In this document: positions 12,149 to 24,666 of the stretch, one piece after another | Layout of the letters: every line of letters starts with the position of its first letter | How positions within the stretch are numbered: the first letter of the stretch is position 1 | NCBI GenBank assembly: GCA_036172245.1 | Contig: JAYWIR010000020.1 | Coordinates: 558,001-622,000, forward strand | Reading direction: 5' to 3' | DNA length: 64,000 bases | Origin: Raillietiella orientalis | Lineage: Eukaryota | Position numbers and translations under genes: made by a program | The notes under the pieces: model-generated | What the model saw: the letters and a program-made list of their open reading frames with translations, nothing else | What the model was told of the DNA's origin: nothing | Database searches by the model: none

Positions 12149-15100
12149 GGAGCACAACACTTTCTTCTTCATTTTCCTGCCTATGAGCTAGGGTTCCAAG
12201 TTCTTTGAGTGCCTTATCATTCTTCGAGTCCCAAACTCATAGAGATCTACCACCAGTGCTCCTACTGAAACCACCGCTCTTTTTCCAGAGAACAGGAGAG
12301 ACTGTTTCCTGTACTTAGTCTCCTTTCTTGGTGCTCCTTCCGACTTTTGCTGTCCCGTTCTCACATGGACAGGCAACATTTTGAATGGCAACTCGACTTT
12401 CGTTCTGGAGTTCTCGGTCCACCAGGAGGCTTCATTCCTCCTCCGGCATCGGTTGGCTTGAGGCTGCCAGACTCACATCTTGCCCACTCTGCCTTCTTAA
12501 CGAGGTTGATGGAATGGTCACGCCTGTTAGTTATGAAGTGGAAATTGTGTCTACATAGATTGAGGATGTGCGTCAAGGACTCTTCTCGTGCCGAGAGCCT
12601 CCTGCAGACTAGATCCACAGAGCTTCTTATGAGCGCTGCTCGCACAATCAGATAATTCACCGAGCAGCATTATGGCGGATAATTGAAGGTGATCTCCGTA
12701 TGCAAGAAGTGACTGAGTGTACAGTGATCTCCAACGCAGGACATGGCTTTTCCTGATCTGAGTGCTTTTCCATGAAGAATTGCCATGATTCCTTGAGTTG
12801 GAATTTGTGTCATATATTTATCGAAAACTGATTTCTCGGGTTCATCATCTTCAGATGTCTATAACGCTTTTATTCGCACTTACGCTTGATGACCCATCGC
12901 CCATACGCAGCGTACGCTAGACTTGTCATGTTTTCTGATATGATATCGATGATGAATGGTTCGAGATCTGTTTCTGAGGGTGTCGATCCGATTCTCTTGG
13001 AGACTATCCCGCAGGGAGTTTCACGACGAGATGCTTGCTTGCAGCTGGAAATTCCATTACAGTCGAGTAAATTGGCCTCGTCTGTTAAGCTAACGGGGCA
13101 GAAACTTTCCTTCGAGAGATGAGCATATAAACATTCGTTCGCTGCTCTACCTGGAAGAGGAATACATCTTTTGATGATTTGCCAAATATGGTTAGTATGA
13201 ACTTCTAACCTGCCTTCCTATTTCTGCTAATAGATGTGACTGAAGAATAAGAATCTTTTCATGGCATCTAGATTTTGCGAAGAACTTCAGTCGATTACTT
13301 GTAATAGTAATACAAAGCTGACGTAGTAATAAGCTGTAATAAGCTGACTGTTGAGCAAATATATAGGCTCTCGATGATTTCCATTGGAATGTGCTCATTC
13401 TAGACGATTTTTCCAAATGCATTTGCGTATCGGAAGTCAGTAGGACTGGAATGTCAGCTCCGTTGCTTAATTCCTGGTCCTCCTAGCTCCATTCGGTGTT
13501 GCGACAACGAAGTCGGTGCATTTGTTAGGATTCATGGAGAGTCTAGTTTTGCAGCATAGGTGTCGTAGAGTGCCGACACTCCAGCTTAATCCCAACTCCG
13601 ATTCCGCTTGGACTGGATTACCTGGACCCGAAAGTCAAAAAAGGATCTCTTTCAAAAGATTCTTCCAGGCCGTAAGACGATAAGAACAGGACTACACTTG
13701 GACGGCAGGGAGCGCAAGGGACATCACTTCCTGGTTTCTCTGCAGATCCAAATGTTCCGAGTGGTTCGGGATTCCGACTGAATGGACGTATAGGCGTCCT
13801 CAGATAGACCACCCACTACTCCCGAGAACGCATATCCAACTCCTAGTTTTTGCAGGATATCATGTAGTGTTGCGTTGGATTTGTCCCGAGAGCAGCGGTT
13901 AAATTCATGAAGGCGAAACAAATGTGTCTCCAAGGCCTCTTTGCCTCTTCAGATGCCAGTCGCAGAATTGAATTCGACCCTACTGAAAGGCAGGAATCCT
14001 TTTTGTTTCGATGAAATAACTTCACAATCAATCGTTCAACCGAGAAATCGGAAGGATGCACATTTCACAAGTAATCAATGTGGAATTGCCTATGAATCCG
14101 GTTTGTGGTTCACGGCTTCGTTTGGTCAGGGATTTCTTCGATGGTAGAATAGTTAGGAAAGTGTCCACCGCAGCTTATCCGAAACATTGACTGATCAGGG
14201 TCATATCTTAAGTTACCGGACAGGATGAACAGCTGTCAGCATGCCTTTGGAGGGATAGCAAAGCGGTGTGAATGTGTAGGATAATTCAAAGTTCCCCCCT
14301 CCCTCAACATTTGCTGCATGAACGAAAATTGGGTGAAAGCACTCACGCTCATTACTCTGGCTGTCACATATGAAACAATAGCAAGAAACTCCTTCATTGC
14401 CATCCCATGCCCACTTTCCCACCGTTTACAATCAACGAACTTTGCACCATCCACTTCGCATTCTATACCTCCTCCCCCTCCGCCCTCCACAACATGGTGC
14501 TCAACTAAACAAGCGAGCACGACGAGAGTGGGTCCCTTCAGTTCCCATCTATACTGAAACAGGGGGAGGAGCACGAAAAAGAAAATCTTTGTCCTCGAAA
14601 GAGCTCTCTCTCGGAGAACGTAGATAAGCGCGTAGTAACACATGACCTGACACCAGAGGAAAGATGGAGTTGAGGATTGCAGATGATACAGAGTAGGCGT
14701 GTCCACTCTGCAAAGAGAGCAAGGAAATTGAAAAATATGAAGCTCGTAAGTTTTTTCAACTCAACTGATAGACTCGTAAGAGGGAAAAGGACTCGCTGCA
14801 CCAGCTTGGAAAAGGGAACTACATAGAAATATGGTATAGGACCTCAAGAACATCTCCGAGATCCACAGTAATAGCTAAAAAGAAGGGGGGGGGGAACTTG
14901 AGCTATTGGGATCTTATAGAGATAAGATTATTGTGCGCAGCTGATTAGCATCGTTTTGATTGGGGTCCAAATCATAGATAAGCGGAATAAAGTCCTGCCA
15001 TCCTGTAATCTCATGAATTCTTAAGCTTTTCATTTCCGAAAGGCAAATACACAGCATCAAGCACAGAACGTCTGCAAAGCACGGAAGAATGAAGTCACGA

Positions 15101-18100
15101 GCACAGTGACAATGACGGTTGATGCAGCCAAGGTTTTCAATTCACACTCATACTCGTCTAGCGAAAATTCGGCTTCAGAAAAGCAAAATTTTCCGTTCTC
15201 TATGATAAACCGAAAAAGGAATAACCGAGATCCCTACTTATCTATAGCCGAAAGAAAGTGTGCCACTAAAGCAACTCATCGTCCTTTTGCCCCAGCAGCT
15301 CTTTCTGACATACATCAAATGAAAACCATCTCATAACCATAGGACTTCGAGGAGCTTTGAAAAAGTCAGTTTTTTTTTTTTTTTTATGGCATAAGATAAG
15401 GATGCTTCTCAAGTTTGTGAGTGCCAGAAGTGCCGGAGAAAGAAATGCAAATGAATCCAAAGCCTCCAACTGCCGACCTCGGAACCATAAAGATCCAATA
15501 ATCCATAGCGCAACACTTTGGTCTTAGCCAAAAGTCCGAGAAGCGATACGCAAAGCAGCGTACGTAAAGGATGAAAGTGCAGCTTAGGATGCCCACAGAG
15601 AGAGGGTAAGCGATACGGAAAGCGGAGAGCATTGCATCTCCTTATGCCTTGGAAAAGCATGAGCGCTCAAGACCACAGGCTAGTGAAGACGGCATTTCGT
15701 AATCACGAAATCACCAGCAGTTGAACACAGCATGCTAGTCTTCTCTCCAATTGAAACAGTAGGAGAGAGAAAGTAGAAGACAGGATGAGTTCGATGAATT
15801 GAAAGACTGAGCATCTTCGACGAAGATTCCAGATAACCTCCGAAAACCAATTTCCACATGAATTTTCAGACGCAGGAAGTGATTCTCGTTCGAAATTTGT
15901 GCACATTTGAGCATAAGCAAGTGCTATTTAGTTCACAACTCCACTTTGCCTCGTCAGTTCATGGAGTCAGGTTTCCACAAAGCAGTTGAAAACAAACAAT
16001 CGCAAAAATGAAGATTCGGGAACTGATAAGAAAAGGAACGGTTTCGAAGTACAAACGATGAGAAGGAAGCAAGCTCTTCTCATGCCAAGAAACGTTTCGA
16101 TAGACCGAGCCAGAAACCAACTGGACACAGAAGAATCAGAATTGCCTCGAATCGCTAGCGGTAATGCCCTCAATATAAAGTCGAAATGAGTTGTTACTGC
16201 CTACTCAGTGTGGATGTCTGCAACATGAGGATGGATGGAATGACAACATCAGGAGCAAGTCGCTGATCTGATCCGTATCAGACTTATGCGTGCTGAAAAC
16301 AAGTCTGGATTCAGAACAAGGAGATGCAAGAGGTTGTTAAGGATTCGGCAGAGATACATAAGTTGTCCCTCACGAGGCAAAAGCTTGCTCTTCTCTTCTG
16401 CATAGAAAAAAAAAAAAAAAAACATATTCTCAGTAAGTAGCTTGTGAATTTTGTCAAGCAGACGTTTGTGTTGCCCATGGTATAAGTCAGTGGTCTCAGA
16501 AGAGTAATCAGACCTTTGTGGCTGGAAAGAAATTGCAAGCAAAGAGTCATCTGTTCGGAGAATCTCTAATCACATGAATATCCTAATAAGAGCCATGTCT
16601 CATATGGAAACCACAGTGGAAACAATACAGATTGAGACACTGATAGAAGTGGAAGAGTGGATGAAATCGGCTCAAAAGATTACTTCCTGTTTGGCGAAGA
16701 GAAAGAAGACTCATTTAAATAGGTACTGTTCAGACTGACAAGCAGCTCGTAGGAGATTTATTCCTCGAAAGCGAATAATCGGCATGACTAGTAACGGTCT
16801 GTGAAAGTGATCAAAGCGATAAACGGTTTCCTTGAGAGTGTGTTCGGCAAGCCCGAGAAACTTTTCAGTGGGTGACGAAATCGCGAGAAACCGTTGCAAA
16901 AGCTACTGAGAAGCAATCCTGAAAACCAGGAATGAGTTACTGCTAATTGAGTTCCAGTACAGCTTCCACTAGAATCTTGTACAAGTAACGAAAAAGTAAG
17001 CAGGGAATTCTAAGCTAGAGAATTCTTTCCTGCATTCAGTGCTTTCCCTACGATATGCAGTTGCTATTATAATATGCATGTGTAGCATTGAAAATTGCTT
17101 ACATTACTGTTTTCTAAATAATAAAAGGACTATTGCTACTACACAACTTAGTACGTGAAGATGAGGCTTGCGAAGCCACATCGATTTCGATACAACAAGT
17201 CTATTCCTTTTTCTTTTTTTTTTCTTTTTTATGTGCGCTTTCATATAGGAAACCTTCCCAACCCAAAAAGATAAAATGTTCCATCTAGCACTCGGAGCTT
17301 TCAATAAGATGCAGTATTTATTATTGTTAACAGTATTCTGTAGTTAGGAATGTACGCTTCCGGATTCAAAATACGAATTCGTGACTAGACAGTACAATTA
17401 GTTCCATCAGCGTGACAGGAATGGATGCTGTCTTACGGGATTTTTGATTTCGCATTTCAAAGTTGGGGGTCGTTAGAAATGGGATGCATGTCCCAGCGTA
17501 GCATTCCAGGACAGAATAAACATGTACGGAACAGAGAGATCGAAGAGGACAATCTCATGAAACTCGATCTCAGGGACTCCGATGAATGCTCGGCGAAATC
17601 AACACACGGAAAGTGCAGATCCTTCTGAAAATGAAGTGCCTCTTGAAGAAAACTCAAGAAGGCATGCATAATAATTGTGGTGAAGAAGCTGCTCGACTCA
17701 CAGATAAATTATCACAGAAGGTGATAAGTTTCTTGCAGAGTGCAGGATATTATGCAGAATATAATATTGCAAATTTTCAAAAAAAAAAAAAAAAAAGGAT
17801 AAATATTACCTCGTTTTTACGTTTCTCCTAAGAAATTTGCAAATGCTTCAGGAGGAAAGCAGGCATTCCATTATCACAGAAGATGTGCACTGGAATCTGC
17901 TGGAAGAGTAGCGACGAGAATTCGGACATGAATTTGAGGAGACGTTTCCATTCCAGTCGTTCGGAATGACATATACGAAATGACACCACAGACCATCTTT
18001 GTGGGTTGTGTAAGGTTTCTTAATGCATTGCGATCCCTCCGATTGAACCCATTTTTTGTACCAACCAGTTGTCGGTTGCTTCCCAGACGCTTGCCTTCCA

Positions 18101-20058
18101 CTAATGCATTCCTTCCTCCACCGACTTTCGTTTCGTTTACTGCTCTGCTCTCTGCTAAATCGAACCGGAATACTTCTGATTTTTGCGGAAAGCGACTTTG
18201 TATTTGGTTTCACGTGTATCTTTCTATTCGGCTCTGATAATAGCTTGTACTACTACGGTGTCCTACTTGGCATTTCAGTATTCATCTTTATCTTACTTCT
18301 TGCTCTTTGATGTACTGAGTTTTCGTTTTAACAGACGACACTTGTCATGATTGTGTCATGCAGCAACCCAAACGCCTTGACCTTCTTGCTCTCTTTCAGT
18401 TTTGAGCGTTTCGCAGAAATAAGCCAAGCCTTATAATGCAAGAAGAAACGTACATCGAACTGGAATTAAATGCCCGATATAATTTTTTCCCCTTTTGATT
18501 CACAAACATAATTTAAATGCTTCAAGGGACTAAATACGTTCTCGTGAACTTTGACTTTTCCTTGACGATTCTGTAACCACGGACAGTTGGACATTCGGCT
18601 TCTTCTTTTAGAAAACAAGACAAGAAGCCCCTCTCAAGCAAGAAAATCTTCTGTCCCTACTCACTACTGACAAGAGTATTTGCCTCTTTCCTTCCGAGCA
18701 CCTGTTGAGCTCTTTCATTTTCAATTTCTTTTAAGAATCACTGGACTGCTAATTAAATCATTTCCTTTGACTTCATGAAAGAGCAGGCTCAAATTAAGCG
18801 CAGATAGCTCTTCTGGCAAAATTGTCCAAGCAACCTCTGTCACTTTTCTTTCGAAATTTGACATTTCCAGCAGCACCAAGTCAAAGCACAGCAATGCACT
18901 CGGGATCGTTACTTAACACTCCCCAGGGAATCAGTGCTGGCATAAGCAGCATTAGCATTCGTGCCTCCAATTCAATCTCCCTTCTCCGTTCACCCCCAGT
19001 TAATTCACATGCTACATTTAAGAACCCTTCGGAAGGTATTGACATAAATTCCGAGTTTTCCTAACTCGTTTGAAATTCTCTCAGTCGATTTCTCGTTGCA
19101 CTTTCTGATTATTTTCCATTCGTGTTGGCTTACTAAAACACTCTTCAAATGCATGCAAGATTGTTATGCATGTAATTCTTCATTGGTGTAGGATGAAACG
19201 AATCAGTCTGAGATCTATGCATGCAAATGGTATGTATGCAATGTTTTAGTTTTCTATTTTAAAGAATAACTGGGGTTATGTCACATGGTACTTTCCTCTC
19301 TCTGTCTTGTATTACTCTCTTCCATGCCTTAAATTCTATAGATCACTACTACTTCCCTATATGTCAAGCACTTAATAGACAAGGACTTCGATATATGCTT
19401 TACTTTTGAAATATTCTGTAATTATTTCGAAAACGTTTCCTCGAATGCTTGTACTATTTTGCTCTCCCTCATGTTATTAGATGCTAGCTTATGATTTTCT
19501 GATAGACTCAGTTGTGTTGCAGAACCGATATTTTGCTGCCGCACCCATCACCAGCTTATCCATCCTATTAGATCACATGATAACCATTCAGAATGCAAAC
19601 ACTGATCTGAGGAAATTGGCATTTCGGTACCGTGCTACACATAACTCGTACGATGTCACCTCATTACCTGGAATTCCTGGAAGCAGTTTTTTCCCTGCCA
19701 CACATCTGCAGGTTTTCATTGGAATTACGCTGAATCTCGCAGACACTCTGACACCTAAAACCGCATAAGTATTCATTTTCACATCAGGTCGAGAAGTAAC
19801 ACCCATAAAAACAGTCTTCGTTTAAGGACGACTTTTCGAGGAAAAATTAATGATCTGAGCAATCTACTCATATCATTCACATAGTAGATTCAACTGGACG
19901 TGGCAAAGAAGGGAACTTTCGTGCAAAACGAACTTCTTCAGAGATTGATCTTTCGGCAATGGTCGACTCCTCCACGACATGGGGGTGATCTCTGATGATA
20001 ACTAAAATAGGAATATTTTCGTTCTAAATACGTGGGACATGACAGCTTAATGTGAAGA

Positions 20059-20088
20059 TGAACAAATCCATGTTGAACAAATCCATGT
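20059..20088. repeat. Perfect 15-bp tandem duplication (TGAACAAATCCATGT x2)
   Basis: Read directly from the sequence. Confidence 0.85.
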
Positions 20089-21575
20089 ATACAGCCTTTA
20101 TTGCCTTTTGCACATCGAGCTTTAAAGTGATAAAAACAAAGCCCGAATAATTTCTTGTGTATCTTGCTTTAAAAAAAAGGATTTTTTACAATGTTTACTT
20201 AATATCTTCGTGCAAGGAATCTATTCGTATGCTGCAGTTCCTCATTACAAATCAATACTACTAAGGAACAATTATCCACGAACAGCTTCCTTAGGTTGTA
20301 CTTTCCAATTCTGACTCCGTACTAGGTATATGACTACGAGTGGATACGTGTACGTACGCATCTTCCGCGAACTGCTTGACGGGAGTTCCACGCCCGACTT
20401 CTGGATGATATCGGGCACCGCCATCCGTCCGTTTGATGCAGCTTCATGAAAATCGAAGTTCGGTGTGTTAATCTAATAACGATAGTGACGTGACAATACT
20501 TGAAATCGAAAATTATCGGTTTCTGCTGTTTACTGGTACTTTCATCTAAAGTAGATTTCGACATGAAGCAAGAATACATGTACTTCGTATCCGAACCGGA
20601 TACCAAAATAATCTCTTAAATCCATGGGTCCGGTAAGCACCATGAACATTAACGAAAATGATGCAATGAAACTTGATGAATTGTGAAAATAAATTACTTG
20701 GCTCTCATTCCTTCTTGCTTTGGTCTCCTGAAATTCAAGACACACCAATACGCTTGACTATTTAAAATGTTTTTGAAAACAAGCATGTGGAGTATGTTAA
20801 ATTTACATAATGTATAAACTGTGGAAAATTCCATGTGTTTACAACGAATTTATACAAATCCAAGACCTAAGAAAACCAACATAATACAACCAATTATATT
20901 ATGATCACAAGGATAGCAGCTAAAGTTCTCCATAAAAATATATATATGTATAAACATCAGGCCAACAAAATGAAGTACAAACTTGCAGATAACAATATGC
21001 TAAAAACGCCAGTCTGAGCGGTGGCAGTTTGTAATAGTTGTTTCTATGGGAAATTTTGTTAAATTACTGCAGCAAAGATCCAACCACAAGAGTTCACAGC
21101 AGCAATAATTATTGTTCCAAATCTTGCATGTAACCAAAAAATTTTGCATTTGTATCTTCTGCCACATCTGATACTAAAAAAATTCATATTCAAATTAATT
21201 GAAGCCTTCCCAATAGATTATATTATCAAATGATTGTGTGGAGCTATCTTTATTTCTAAATTATTTAAAGAGCATGAGGAATTGATAGTCCTTGATATTG
21301 ATGAATTACTGTTGCAACTCAAGTGCTATTGGCAAAACAACTAATTACATAAATCAAGAACTTATAAATGGAATTTCAACGTACATGACTTATTTTTTCA
21401 ACAAGAAAATGAGATGCATCAAAATGAAAAGTTAAAGCAAGTGGATGTCATTTTACCATTCAATTCCTAAAAATAATGCAAGCAAGAAACAAGATCCCGA
21501 ATCAGAAAAATGTTACAATCAGGTTGATTTCTTAAAACTATAAGATGCACATCCACAAATCAACTTATTTGTGGA

Positions 21576-21581
21576 TTTATT
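21576..21581 (-). terminator. Candidate polyadenylation signal (AATAAA) for the MAD2-like gene
   Basis: TTTATT on the plus strand, ~130 nt downstream of the MAD2 stop. The context is AT-rich, so it could be chance. Confidence 0.35.
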
Positions 21582-21708
21582 CATGGAGGTTATGCTTACA
21601 CATGCTCATCAAAAATACTGATTTATGTCACAAGAAAGTGTTAATTACAAAATTTGTGACATCATTGTTTTTTTTATATCATTAAGATATATGAACCTGT
21701 AAAGTCTG

Positions 21709-23404
21709 CTAGTCTTGCAGCTTATAGCTGACTGAAGTTTGGACATTATGAACTGTTGTACTAAAGGACTGCATATCAATCTTTTGAGCATTGGACACTT
21801 GAGATGGTGTTGTTTCATTCCAATCAATGGGAACTTTGACATCTCCAGAAGTATAAAGTTGAATATCAAAGATACCTAAGCAAAAGTTTCAATGACTGGT
21901 GTGTAGAACATTAAAGATTCAAAAACAAAAACAATCTTGTGAGGATTTCATAATTCACAGAGAACTCTGGCTGTACTTACATGTTGAACTTAGCAAAGGA
22001 AGAATGGCAACAGAAGCAACAATTCGTCTCAAAACATCTCGGATTCCCTTTTGGATTTCTGAAAGAACTTCTGAATTCTTCTTTCTAAAAGTAAAAATTC
22101 ACAGCTTCACATCCAGTCTCAATGCATATTTGAATTCAATTATTATTACTAGCAGAGGAACCTGAACTTCCATGAATAAGCTGTTAACTCTTAAAGAAGC
22201 AAGACCATGTTTTTGTGTGAAAAAGGAACTAATTTTATACATGTGTGCTTATAAAAGGCAACTATGATGAATGGTGCTGACTACAGAACAACAGATAGTT
22301 AACACTTTACGACTAAAGTGCAAGTAGATTTCACTTTATCATCTAAACACATTTATCATTATTTTCTACTCTAAGAAAGGAAAATTAGGACTTGTAATTT
22401 TTAAATAAATATGGATGCAAAACAGAGAACAAATGAGAAATAGAACATTAAAAAAAATGACAGAATCTTGTAAAGTATAATAATCCAAGAATCATCAAGC
22501 ACTTGAAAAATTTCATTCCATGAACTTCAGGTCACTTTGGAAAAATTTTTAGTACTTTTTGGATTAAATAACATTGGCTGAACATTTTCAACTTATATTA
22601 CTTACTGAAAGATGAATTTTTATATAAGTTTATACATACTCCTCATCTGAAACAGTTTCAAGAAGAATATTGAATTCCCATGTTTCCACAGGCTCCTTTG
22701 TTTTCTCCTGCATAAACACAAGTACAATTTTATTGATTTTCTTTTGAATAAGTAGTTCTAAAATATTATAAAAGTCAGTCTTTAAACACATTGCTAAAAC
22801 TGATACCTTTAATTTTCGAGAGGTAAATGTTGACTAAGGTTTTTATCTCTATATCTTCAACTAACAATAAAGGTATTTCAAAATCAGAAACTCTTTTAAA
22901 AAATTCCGATGGATAAATACCTCTTTGATAAAGAATGCTGTTGATTGCATATTCTAGGAAGATAATAAAATAATAAGTTACAAAAATGACAAAAAAAAAT
23001 TTACTCTGCGCAAATATGCAAATATTCTAACACGTTCATTAAGTCATTTGTTCATTATGTGTTGCATAGTCGACAAATGATGCAAATCAAATCAATCCCC
23101 AAGTTTCCTGCAAGTTTTTCACATTGATTCAAAAGAATATCAGAATTTTGCAGATCAATATTCAAATGATGCTATTCGAAAACGTACAAATACAACTTCA
23201 AATGTGACACTGTCAAGGATATCATTCCCCTTCAAATCTGAATTCTGTAGGTTTTAAATTGCATTACAACACAATTCTGTTACAATAGACTGAGAAGTAA
23301 TCTATAAAAGTTAATTTACCGAAGTATTTCACAACTATTTCTGCAGAACCTCGTAATGTAATTCCCGCAGCCGGTTTCACACTTTGTTTTTGATTTGGCT
23401 CCAT
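21709..23404 (-). CDS. MAD2L1: Mitotic spindle assembly checkpoint protein MAD2-like (HORMA domain), 5 exons, 206 aa
   Basis: Exons (minus strand): 23404-23320, 22953-22807, 22757-22640, 22084-21981, 21875-21709. All introns are GT-AG and phase-consistent. Translation: MEPNQKQSVKPAAGITLRGSAEIVVKYF-EYAINSILYQRGIYPSEFFKRV...ETWEFNI...EIQKGIRDVLRRIVASVAILPLL...CIFDIQLYTSGDVKVPIDWNET...MQSFSTTVHNVQTSVSYKLQD*. This matches the Mad2 hallmarks GITLRGSAEIV and INSILYQRGIYP, and the length is close to human Mad2 (205 aa). Confidence 0.95.
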
Positions 23405-23467
23405 CGCATTTTGAGACAGAAAAAGGAATAGTTGGCCGTAGAACGAAACTTACGACCCCTGCAAACA

Positions 23468-23475
23468 TATCGATA
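23468..23475. promoter_or_regulatory. DRE (DREF-binding element) TATCGATA upstream of the MAD2-like gene
   Basis: Perfect palindromic TATCGATA ~64 bp upstream of the ATG in a locally CpG-rich patch. DRE is a known promoter motif of Drosophila proliferation and housekeeping genes. Confidence 0.6.
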
Positions 23476-24186
23476 GCGATGAAGGCTTATTTGGTTCACC
23501 CATGGGGAATTCTCACAATTAACAAAAAGAACGAATCATTTCGTAAATCAGGAACTTCCTTTCAGTAGATTCATTAATGGGCACTTCAGTGTATAAAGCT
23601 CCAAGACGTTTCGACTTTGGAAACAGATTTCCATTCACAGAAAGAACTACAAAACATCTTCATTATCTATAGAACAATCACTTCCTCATTGCAAAATACA
23701 ATTGCAAATTAGAAACAGAAACTACGAGCTTTAAATGCATGAATTCTTTATTTCTTTATGTCCCTTGACAAAACATGATTCAAGCAAGCATGATTTAAGC
23801 AACACAGTACAAAAATGCATGTATCTCTCATGAGTAACATTGTTTAAAATCATCTGAACAGTAAAAACATGCAACATAATAATTAAATAAAGCAACACTT
23901 GCGTTATAAGAAAATTGTGTTATTTATATCACTCACTCAATGCGTGATCGTTTATTCTTTGCATTTCTTGTAGTAACTACAGATACTTGAAAATGAATGT
24001 GCCTTGAAAAACAGTTGGCTGTAGCATTCTATATTAAAGCAACAAGGCTGTCAATGATATAATAAAATAAAATAACTACAATATTGTTTACTGCCATAGC
24101 TCCCAAAATGGTATTTTTTTTCGGAAAAAGATCAAATAAGTTTGCGAAATAATACCCATATTCAAAGCCTTGAGAATCTTGTAAGA

Positions 24187-24666
24187 CAGGTGTGTCAAAC
24201 TCATTTCAACCGCGGGACATTCAATGCGACTGGAAAGATTCACGTGGGCCACATGACATTTACAAATTTTCTTAAAATATAAAAAATAGGGGTTTAGTAT
24301 AAATTTTAAGAACTCAAATAACTGCAATTGCTTATATTTTTTTTAAATAAGTTATAAAAGAAACCCAGCCCACAAATCTTTGGCATGCCGATAGGGACAG
24401 AGAAACTAGCGCAAATGTCTTTCCTTAAAATTCGTTAAATCAACACAAAAACTCTGGTTAGATTTAACTGCTGCATTTGGGCTTTGACTCCCACGGTTGA
24501 CCAGTGCATCATAGCGCATATGACATAGCAACGACGCGACGGTTACTTGCTATTTTCTTTGTAACATATTCTTCTGTTTTTTCATTTTATTTCAGAGCAT
24601 TGCAGGCCACATAAAATCACATCGAGGGACGCATGCGGCCCGCGGTCCGCCAGTTTGACACCCCTG
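24187..24666. mobile_element. Non-autonomous hAT (Charlie-like) DNA transposon / MITE, 480 bp
   Basis: 15-bp TIRs CAGGTGTGTCAAACT / AGTTTGACACCCCTG (1 mismatch). 8-bp TSD TTGTAAGA (24179-24186) / TTGTAAAA (24667-24674), 7/8 match with central TA. Subterminal GGCCAC/GGCCCGCG motifs are typical of Charlie-type elements. No transposase ORF. Confidence 0.9.

Noticed and set aside
16240..20450. Exon-like plus-strand segments (e.g. METTVETIQIETLIEVEEW, ORFs at 17586, 18822, 19481) and a minus-strand RTYTYPLV resembling DNAL4
   Set aside because: Splice phases do not chain without stops, and no downstream DNAL4-like exon was found.
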